The notes below the pieces were generated by a model. The model was given only the letters and a program-made list of their open reading frames with translations. It was not told the DNA's origin and ran no database searches. The position numbers and the translations under genes are program-made. DNA of 64,000 nt from Actinomycetota bacterium (lineage in GTDB: Bacteria; Actinomycetota; JAHEXW01), in NCBI GenBank assembly GCA_025355855.1, contig JANXYU010000032.1:28832-92831 (forward strand), read 5' to 3'. Shown piece after piece: positions 56,919-64,000 of the stretch. Position 1 is the first letter of the stretch. Every line of letters starts with the position of its first letter.

Positions 56919-57814
56919 TAGAACTTATATTTGTTGCGCAGGCGTTCGACTTCGTCATGGGTCTTTTTCTTATGCGCCCGAGCCCGCAAACTATCCCGGC
57001 CGAGTTGTCCCGTTCTAAAAGTCCGAACATCTGCCTTTAACCTATCGCGAGCTGAATGAATAACGCTCTCCCCTTCCGCTCCCAAGGCCTCCAACGTCGC
57101 CAGACCGGCTTGGGTCTCAAATGCGGCCGTTGTTTGCTTTTGCACCACGGTGTAGTCGGACAAGAAACCGACGGTATCTTCATGGAATATCTGCAGGCCG
57201 GGCGGCGGCGAAAGCTTCTTGATAAAGGCGAGCTCTTCTTCAAGGACCGCGTCGCGCTGGTGCAGCGCGGCCGGGTTTACCAGGCCCTGGACGTAGGAGA
57301 CCGCGCGAATGGCCGCGTTCATCTCCATTTCGGCGGTGATGAGTTTGTCAAAATATGCGACCATGGCGTTGGCGTCGGTAACATACATGTCGGTTGCGTT
57401 CAGATAATCGGTGATCTCAGATTGCAGACTTGTTGAGGCATTTGGCGGGGTCGCTTGGTCCGCGAAGCTCTTCTTAATCTTCTTAATTCCGGCCGCGTCG
57501 GTTGCCAGGATCGACGTCCAAGAATCAGCTTCGGCGCGCATTGCTTTGGGGTCGATCTCGTTGGTCAGGGGGTCAGGAGTCTTGGTAAAGAGTTCGGAAT
57601 CCCAGACCTTGTCGGCCTGATTCACGACGATATCGGCTTTCTTAACAATGGGATTAATGCGCGTCGTATACATTTGCACCGCGCTGCGCTCAAAAACCAG
57701 ATAAGCGAGAATGATGACGAGAGTTGCCAGAAACAGAGCGCCAACCGCCATCCCGATGTCGCTCTTCAGCTTGATGCCCTTACCGCGTATGCCGCCCCAC
57801 GAAAACCTAGCCAT
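56918..57814 (-). CDS. hypothetical membrane-anchored protein
   Basis: 298 aa with an N-terminal TM helix and a helical soluble domain. It overlaps the dnaE stop. Confidence 0.4.
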   Translation of the reverse strand: MARFSWGGIRGKGIKLKSDIGMAVGALFLATLVIILAYLVFERSAVQMYTTRINPIVKKADIVVNQADKVWDSELFTKTPDPLTNEIDPKAMRAEADSWTSILATDAAGIKKIKKSFADQATPPNASTSLQSEITDYLNATDMYVTDANAMVAYFDKLITAEMEMNAAIRAVSYVQGLVNPAALHQRDAVLEEELAFIKKLSPPPGLQIFHEDTVGFLSDYTVVQKQTTAAFETQAGLATLEALGAEGESVIHSARDRLKADVRTFRTGQLGRDSLRARAHKKKTHDEVERLRNKYKF

Positions 57815-60800
57815 GTATCGCCTTTTCTCCCAGCAAAGCCTTAACTTCCGCGAACAAACCGCTGGTCGGTTTGACCTTGAAACCTTGCCCTAACTCTAAC
57901 ACAGTTTCGGTATTTTCCCCCATTACCTTGAGGACAACCGGGTTGGTTCCGTTGTGCGCGCCGAGTATCTCTTTAAGGCTGCCGATCGTAGTATCGGTCA
58001 AACCGGCGGTCTCGATAAATATGGTGACCGGACGGCCGGTGTCTCCCCGCCGATCGAGGGCTTTGACCTCGTTGGCAATTAACTTGATCTGGCCGTTGCC
58101 CTCACTAAAACGGCCGCCGCCAGCCGAATCGATGCGACCCCGGACAAGAATGATGGCGTCCTTCTTGATCAAGTCTTGCGCCGCCTGGTAGACCTGGGGC
58201 CACAGCATCACTTCAGCACTGGCTTCCAAATCCTCCAGTGTTAAAACTACGTAAGTCTCACCCTTCTTGGTTTGCTTCTTTTGCTCGGCGGCGATGATCC
58301 CTCCGACCCATTTGATGTCGCCCTCGCGCATATCACGCAGGCCCGCGATGCCGGTATCCGTCTGTTTCTTCAGTGTTTTAGCTAGTCCGTTTAAAGGGTG
58401 ATCGCTGACATAAACCCCGAGCATGTCTTTTTCGTACGCCAGTTTATCCTCTTTCGGCAGTTCGTCGGTGCGGTCAATAACCGCGGGATCGCCGGCCGCC
58501 GCCTTCTCCGTTGCGCCGAATAGAGAATATTGCCCCAGATCGCGATCGCGCTGGCCTTTCAGCCCGGCGTCGACGGTTTGTTCATAAACAGACAGCAACG
58601 ATTTGCGCGTTCCGGCAAAGTCGAACGCCCCCGCCTTGATCAGGCTCTCTACCGCCCGTTTGTTGACAGCCTTTAGATTGACCCGATCACAAAAGTCCTC
58701 CAGCGAAGTGAACTTTCCTTCGCGGCGTGCATCCACGACCGCGTCGACGACGTTATGCCCGACATTACGTACGAACGCCAGCCCGAAGCGAATCGAATCG
58801 CCGACGACCGTGAAGTCGCGGAAACTCTCGTTTATGTCAGGCGGCAAGACGGGTATCTTCATACGCCGACACTCGTTGATGTACTTGATGATATCGTCCT
58901 TGTTACCGCTCACATTGGAGAGCAAAGCGGCCATGTATTCGATAGGATAGTTGGCCTTCAGATAGGCCGTTTGATACGCGATATAGGCATAGCCGGCGGC
59001 GTGCGCCTTATTGAAGCCGTAGCCGGAAAAATGCTGGATATCCTTGAAAATCTTTTCGGCAAGATTCTTGTTATATTCGCGTGCCAGCGCCCCGCCGATG
59101 AAGCTCTCCTTCAGCTCGGCCATCTTGTCAGCTTTCTTTTTGCTTATGCTCTTGATCAGGGTCTCTGCCTGTCCTAAGGAGAACCCGGCGACGATGTTGG
59201 CGCATAACATAATCTGTTCCTGGTAGACCATCATGCCATAGGTTTCGCTTAGCGCCGGCTCTAAATCGGCGTGCGGGTACGTGACTTGTTTCTTCCCCTG
59301 CTTACATTCCGTGAAATCTTTGGCCATGCCGCTGTTTAGCGGTCCTGGGCGGTACAACGCCACGAGCGCGATAATATCCTCGATACGCGTCGGCGCCAGG
59401 TCACGAACCAAATTCCGCATACCGGAACTCTCCAGCTGAAAAACTCCGACTGTCTCGGCTTTACGCAGCATGGCGAAGGTCTTGGCGTCGTCTAGCGGCA
59501 GGGTGTCGATGTCGAGATCGACCCCTTTCGTCCGCTTAACGATCTTGACCGTGTCGTCAATAATGGTCAGGTTGCTAAGGCCCAGAAAGTCGATCTTCAA
59601 CAAACCGATGGCGTCAGCGGAGTCTTTGTCATACTGGACGATCACCCGGTCGTCCTTCTGGCTCAACGGCGCGTAGTTGGGCAGAGGCTCGGGTGAAATA
59701 ACCACGCCGGCGGCGTGGGACGAACTGTGACGTTTCAGTCCTTCGATGGATTTGGCTGTCTCAAAGACGGCCAGCGACGCCTCATCGCGTTCACACATTT
59801 CTCTTAGTTCAGCGGACATCTTCCAGGCCTCTTCCAGGGTTATCCCGATTATGTCCGGCACCATCTTGCTCAGCCTGTCGGCTTGGGCGAAGGGCAGGTT
59901 GAGCACCCGCCCTGTATCCTTGACGGCCGCCTTGGCTTTCATGTTTGAGAAAGCGGCGATCTGCCCGACGTGTTCCTTGCCATACTTGTCGACAACATAG
60001 GCGATGACCTCGTCCCGCCGGCTGTCTTCAAAGTCTAAATCGATATCGGGCAGGCTCTTGCGCTCGGGATTAAGAAACCGTTCGAAAAACAAACCGTAAC
60101 GCATGGGGTCGATGCTGGTGATTCCCAGGACATAGGAAACGATGCTGCCGGCGGCCGAACCGCGGCCTGGGCCGACCCGGATATCCTTCTCCCGCGCAAA
60201 CCGCACAAAGTCTTGGACGATCAGAAAATAGCTGGACAGCCCGCGGTCCATAATGACACCCAACTCCATGTTCAGACGCGCCTCAAGTTCTGGCGTGACG
60301 GGATTGTATCGTTTGGATAGGCCGTCGCGGCAGAGTTTCTCCAGGTAAGTATTGGCGTCAAAGCCGTCGGGCACCTCGAAATGCGGCAGCAGCGTCTGCT
60401 CCAGATCAATCACTACTTGACAAGCGTCGGCTATCTTCAGCGTGTTGGCCAGCGCCTCGGGCGCCTCAGGGAACAGCTTAGCCATCTCGGCCGCGCTCTT
60501 GAGATAGAACTCCTGCGTCGATAGCTTTAGACGGTTCGGATCGTCCAATGAGGTAGCCATTTGGACGCACATCAGAGCGTCTTGAGCGCCCGCGTCCGCT
60601 TTTCTGACGTAATGAACGTCATTCGTTACGACCAAGGGAATATTCGACTCGCTGGCCAGTTTGAGCAAGGCCTTATTGACCGCTTTTTGTTCCGGGATGC
60701 GGTGATCCTGCAGTTCCAGATAGAAATCGCCATTATCGAAGATGTCGCGGTATTCTTCGGCCGCTTCCTTGGCTCGGGCCGTTTGACCATTCATCAGCGC

Positions 60801-61232
60801 CTGGCTGGTCTCACCTTTGAGGCATCCGCCCAACGCGATCAAGCCACCACGGTAGCGGCGCAAGAGCTCCTTATCGGCCCGCGGCTTATAGTAGTAGCCT
60901 TCGAGCCAGGCGGCGCTGACGATATGCATCAGGTTCCGATAGCCTTCATTGTTCTTCGCCAACAGAACTAGGTGGTTCATCTGCGTCTTCGTGTTCGCCG
61001 ATTTATCGAACCGGTCGGGGGCGACGTATATCTCGCAGCCTATGATCGGCTTGATCCCCGCTTCCTTGCAAGCCTTGTAGAACTCTATGGCGCCGAACAT
61101 CACGCCGTGATCCGTCATCGCCACGGCCGGCATACCCATTTCTTTTGCCGTTTTCGCCAGGTCATCGATGCGGGAAGCGCCGTCGAGCAAAGAGTATTCG
61201 GTATGAACGTGGAGGTGAACGAATTGCTTCAT
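57807..61232 (-). CDS. dnaE: DNA polymerase III subunit alpha DnaE
   Basis: PHP domain at the N-terminus (MKQFVHLHVHTEYSLLDGA) plus polymerase core motifs. The start was reassigned to the ATG at 61232; the track ORF starts 38 codons upstream. Confidence 0.95.
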   Translation of the reverse strand: MKQFVHLHVHTEYSLLDGASRIDDLAKTAKEMGMPAVAMTDHGVMFGAIEFYKACKEAGIKPIIGCEIYVAPDRFDKSANTKTQMNHLVLLAKNNEGYRNLMHIVSAAWLEGYYYKPRADKELLRRYRGGLIALGGCLKGETSQALMNGQTARAKEAAEEYRDIFDNGDFYLELQDHRIPEQKAVNKALLKLASESNIPLVVTNDVHYVRKADAGAQDALMCVQMATSLDDPNRLKLSTQEFYLKSAAEMAKLFPEAPEALANTLKIADACQVVIDLEQTLLPHFEVPDGFDANTYLEKLCRDGLSKRYNPVTPELEARLNMELGVIMDRGLSSYFLIVQDFVRFAREKDIRVGPGRGSAAGSIVSYVLGITSIDPMRYGLFFERFLNPERKSLPDIDLDFEDSRRDEVIAYVVDKYGKEHVGQIAAFSNMKAKAAVKDTGRVLNLPFAQADRLSKMVPDIIGITLEEAWKMSAELREMCERDEASLAVFETAKSIEGLKRHSSSHAAGVVISPEPLPNYAPLSQKDDRVIVQYDKDSADAIGLLKIDFLGLSNLTIIDDTVKIVKRTKGVDLDIDTLPLDDAKTFAMLRKAETVGVFQLESSGMRNLVRDLAPTRIEDIIALVALYRPGPLNSGMAKDFTECKQGKKQVTYPHADLEPALSETYGMMVYQEQIMLCANIVAGFSLGQAETLIKSISKKKADKMAELKESFIGGALAREYNKNLAEKIFKDIQHFSGYGFNKAHAAGYAYIAYQTAYLKANYPIEYMAALLSNVSGNKDDIIKYINECRRMKIPVLPPDINESFRDFTVVGDSIRFGLAFVRNVGHNVVDAVVDARREGKFTSLEDFCDRVNLKAVNKRAVESLIKAGAFDFAGTRKSLLSVYEQTVDAGLKGQRDRDLGQYSLFGATEKAAAGDPAVIDRTDELPKEDKLAYEKDMLGVYVSDHPLNGLAKTLKKQTDTGIAGLRDMREGDIKWVGGIIAAEQKKQTKKGETYVVLTLEDLEASAEVMLWPQVYQAAQDLIKKDAIILVRGRIDSAGGGRFSEGNGQIKLIANEVKALDRRGDTGRPVTIFIETAGLTDTTIGSLKEILGAHNGTNPVVLKVMGENTETVLELGQGFKVKPTSGLFAEVKALLGEKAIHG

Positions 61233-61279
61233 AGATTTTAGGATACCATTTCGGGCACTGCGGCTGTTACAATAAATGT

Positions 61280-62146
61280 GTGGAAAACAAGACAACCTCG
61301 CCCAAACCCAAACAGTTCTGGATCTCGTATTCCAAGCTCTCAACATTCAAGCAATGCCCGCTGAAGTATAGGTTCCAGTACGTCGATAAATTGCCGACCA
61401 GACCGGCCCCGGCTCTCTTCTTCGGGAGTACTATTCACGCTTGCCTAGAGTGGCTGCACCGGCCTGACGAAGTTGACGACGCCCCGCGCACCCTCGCTGA
61501 TCTGTTGGATCATCTGGAGCAAAAATGGTTGCCGCCGGCGGAGTTCGACGCGGACGCCCTGGCTCAAGCCGGCTGCACAAAAGAACGAGGCGAGCAGGTG
61601 TTAACTGAGTATTATCTGAAGCATGTCGGGCGCGACGCGGCGGCGGGCCGCACCAATGAACCGGACCGGGCCCACGCGGTCGAGAAGAAATTCAAGATAG
61701 ACTTCGACGGCGACGTGGTCAACGGCATCATTGACCGGATAGACCGAGTGGTCGACACAGCCGGTAACGTCTCTTACGAGATAATCGACTATAAAACCAA
61801 CAAGAAAGCGCCGAACCGCCTCTATGACGAGCAATTAGTCCAGTTGGCAATCTATAAATGGGCGGCGGAGGAAGGCAAGGACTGGAACAACCGGGCGCTG
61901 GAGTTCTATCCGGTCGGCCGGGCCGGCTTGTTTTTTGTGGTTCCCGAGATTAACCGGAAGATGTTTCCCGAGCGCGGACTCGACGTCGCGACAGTCAAGC
62001 AAGAGGTAAGAGCAACGATCGATAAGATCAAAGCCGCCACGGCTAGGCTTGAATCCGACAATGACGCCTTCGGGCCGACACCCAATAAACTCTGTAACTG
62101 GTGCGATTTCCAAGACCTCTGCTCCGCGACCGGCCTAAAGGCGTAG
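61280..62146 (+). CDS. PD-(D/E)XK nuclease family protein, Cas4/RecB-like, with an Fe-S cysteine set (1 N-terminal + 3 C-terminal Cys)
   Basis: N-terminal SYSKLSTFKQCPLKYRFQYVD; IIDYKTNKKAP carries the catalytic K; C-terminal CNWCDFQDLC. GTG start. Confidence 0.65.
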   Translation: MENKTTSPKPKQFWISYSKLSTFKQCPLKYRFQYVDKLPTRPAPALFFGSTIHACLEWLHRPDEVDDAPRTLADLLDHLEQKWLPPAEFDADALAQAGCTKERGEQVLTEYYLKHVGRDAAAGRTNEPDRAHAVEKKFKIDFDGDVVNGIIDRIDRVVDTAGNVSYEIIDYKTNKKAPNRLYDEQLVQLAIYKWAAEEGKDWNNRALEFYPVGRAGLFFVVPEINRKMFPERGLDVATVKQEVRATIDKIKAATARLESDNDAFGPTPNKLCNWCDFQDLCSATGLKA

Positions 62147-62147
62147 T

Positions 62148-63989
62148 GTGGCAGCGGTCCGAACGGTCAAGCGATTTCTGCTGGGCGAACCTCTACACAA
62201 CGCTACCTTTAGCCATCAGCGACTAAGCAATACGGTCGCGTTGGCTGTTTTCTCGTCCGACGCCCTGTCGTCGGTGGCTTATGCGACGCAGGAAATCTTA
62301 CTGGTTCTCGTCGCCGCCGGCGCCATGGCTTTGAAACTCGCCTTACCAGTTGCCATCGCGATCGCGTCACTTTTGGTCATCGTCGTCACATCCTATCGCC
62401 AGACCATTAAGGCCTACCCGCATGGGGGCGGATCTTACAGCGTGGCGAAAGAAAACCTGGGCGATGTGCCTGGGCTGACCGCCGGCGCTTCCCTGCTCGT
62501 CGATTACGTGCTAACCGTAGCCGTCTCGGTATCCGCCGGTGTCGCGGCCATCACGTCGGCGTTCCCGACTCTATATCCCTATCGTGTTGAGGTCGCTATC
62601 GCGTTTGTCGTACTGCTAACGCTAGGTAACCTGCGCGGTGTCAAGGAAGCTGGCGCGCTATTCGCCGGCCCGACTTACGCTTTCGTCGCTTTATTGGGAG
62701 CCACAATCTTGTATGGCCTCTTTAAGCATCTGACCGGAGGCATCGTTAGAGTGCCAGCGCCGGCGGAGACGCAAGCGATAACCTCGGCAGTGACCCTATT
62801 TTTGGTGGCCAAGGCGTTTAGCAGCGGTTGCACGGCCATGACGGGCGTGGAGGCGATCGCCAATGGCGCGGCGGTTTTCAGGGATCCGACCGCCCGCAAC
62901 GCGCGCAAAACGTTAACTGTAATGGCCGGTATCTTGGTCGCGCTGTTCATCGGTATATCCTGGCTGGCGGTAACCGCCGGCGCGTACGCATCCGAAACCG
63001 AAACGGTTATTTCGCAGGTCGCCCGCTCTCTTTACGGCGTTTCCCTACCTTATTACCTACTGCAGTTCGCGACCATGTTTATCCTCGTTTTGGCGGCGAA
63101 TACCGCCTACGCCGACTTTCCGCGCCTGGCCTCGTTTATGGCCAACGACGATTTCATGCCGCATCAGTTTACTGATAAAGGCCATCGACTGGTCTTTAGT
63201 AACGGCATCATCTTCCTGGCGATATTCGCTTCCGTTCTGATCGCGGTCTTCCACGCCGAGGTATCGGGACTCATACCCTTGTACGCCGTTGGCGTATTCT
63301 GCGCCTTCACTTTGTCGCAGACCGGAATGGTCGTTCATTGGTGGAGACTGCGAGGACCGCGTTGGGCTCTGTCTATCGTCGTTAACGCGGTTGGGGCCGT
63401 CGTGTGCTTCCTGGTATTCGCGCTGATACTGGTCACGAAGTTCGTGCACGGCGCTTGGGCCGTAGCGATAATCGTTCCCGCGCTGATTTTCTTGTTCCTG
63501 GGAATAAGAAACCACTACCGGACCGCCGCCGCTTCGGCGGTGCCGACACCAGCTGACATCAAAGCGGTGGCCCGAAAGAGGCTCGAACCGCACAATCATG
63601 TTCTTATCCTGGCAAAATGCCTTGATAAACGCCTGCTCGGAGCCATGCGCTACGCCAAGCTTATCAAGGCGGATACGATGCGCGTGGTACACATCGATTC
63701 CGGCTCCTGCGCCGAGGATTTCGCCCGCGCTTACAAGGCAGCCGATTTCGGCATCGAACTTGAAGTAATCGACTCCCCCTACCGTGAGATCATCTCGATT
63801 GTGGTTGATTATGTAAGGAACTTTAAGAGGCCGCCGGGCGACACCGTGACTGTTGTTCTCTCGGAATTCTCTCCGGACGACGTGGTAGACCTGGCACTGC
63901 ACGCCGGCACGGCGACAATCCTGCAAGCGCTGCTGTTCGCCGAACCAAACGTCGTCATCGTCAACGTCCCTTTGCACTTCAAAGACTAG
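62148..63989 (+). CDS. APC superfamily amino acid permease with a C-terminal cytoplasmic domain
   Basis: 613 aa with about 12 TM helices and APC-type topology, followed by a soluble domain of about 150 aa. Confidence 0.75.
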   Translation: MAAVRTVKRFLLGEPLHNATFSHQRLSNTVALAVFSSDALSSVAYATQEILLVLVAAGAMALKLALPVAIAIASLLVIVVTSYRQTIKAYPHGGGSYSVAKENLGDVPGLTAGASLLVDYVLTVAVSVSAGVAAITSAFPTLYPYRVEVAIAFVVLLTLGNLRGVKEAGALFAGPTYAFVALLGATILYGLFKHLTGGIVRVPAPAETQAITSAVTLFLVAKAFSSGCTAMTGVEAIANGAAVFRDPTARNARKTLTVMAGILVALFIGISWLAVTAGAYASETETVISQVARSLYGVSLPYYLLQFATMFILVLAANTAYADFPRLASFMANDDFMPHQFTDKGHRLVFSNGIIFLAIFASVLIAVFHAEVSGLIPLYAVGVFCAFTLSQTGMVVHWWRLRGPRWALSIVVNAVGAVVCFLVFALILVTKFVHGAWAVAIIVPALIFLFLGIRNHYRTAAASAVPTPADIKAVARKRLEPHNHVLILAKCLDKRLLGAMRYAKLIKADTMRVVHIDSGSCAEDFARAYKAADFGIELEVIDSPYREIISIVVDYVRNFKRPPGDTVTVVLSEFSPDDVVDLALHAGTATILQALLFAEPNVVIVNVPLHFKD

Positions 63990-64000
63990 CCAGCCGCATT

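Noticed and set aside
63057-63977. 306-aa minus-strand ORF inside the APC permease gene
   Set aside because: It is antisense to a conserved 12-TM transporter, with an Arg/Asp-rich low-complexity translation.
1-64000. CRISPR arrays, IS elements or transposases, integrases, prophage genes
   Set aside because: None was found. No regularly spaced repeats, no DDE or serine/tyrosine recombinase ORFs, and gene content is housekeeping throughout.

Overview
The window is a GC-rich (~60%) bacterial chromosomal core region, densely coded, with most genes on the minus strand and many 4-nt ATGA start/stop overlaps. The ORF track translates GTG/TTG starts as M; several true starts were reassigned from SD motifs and family-typical N-termini.

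Gene content, in order:
- queA (partial) and queH
- ruvC-ruvA-ruvB, yebC, pdxS/pdxT
- DUF3048 lipoprotein and a GT4 glycosyltransferase
- an EF-G paralog
- a hypothetical membrane-anchored protein, then yvcK, rapZ, a mini-MGMT domain and uvrC
- DUF167, an MFS transporter, Nramp
- rubrerythrin and two lipoproteins
- hisG
- uvrA and uvrB, which overlap
- coaE, rpsA, polA
- a PAS/HD-GYP protein interrupted by a homopolymer frameshift
- an archaeal-type split glutamate synthase operon (GltB1, GltB2 fused to ferredoxin, a 4Fe-4S protein, an FAD/NAD oxidoreductase, GltB3) next to glnA
- a NDUFAF7-like methyltransferase
- tRNA-Leu(CAA)
- a TrpR-family (YerC/HisR-like) regulator
- accA and accD
- TrpB2 with a candidate T-box leader
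- VanZ
- the his operon: hisD-hisC-HAD phosphatase-hisB-hisH-hisA-hisF-hisI plus a stand-alone RAM domain
- dnaE, a Cas4-like PD-(D/E)XK nuclease and an APC permease

No CRISPR array, IS element or prophage was seen.

Features not explained by ordinary annotation:
- A perfect 22-bp palindrome, TTACTCCATTTAAATGGAGTAA, occurs three times: once over the hisG promoter and twice flanking the TrpR-like gene. This suggests a HisR-type regulon.
- Tandem heptamer arrays (GCRTGAG x4) sit in three internal his-operon junctions, where a Shine-Dalgarno would be expected.
- A T-box motif and terminator lie upstream of trpB.
- The uvrA conserved N-terminus has no canonical start codon and overlaps the uvrB stop.
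- A T5 frameshift splits a PAS domain in the HD-GYP gene.

The lineage is uncertain. An anaerobic Chloroflexota- or Firmicutes-like organism is plausible from the split glutamate synthase, rubrerythrin, TrpB2 and T-box.
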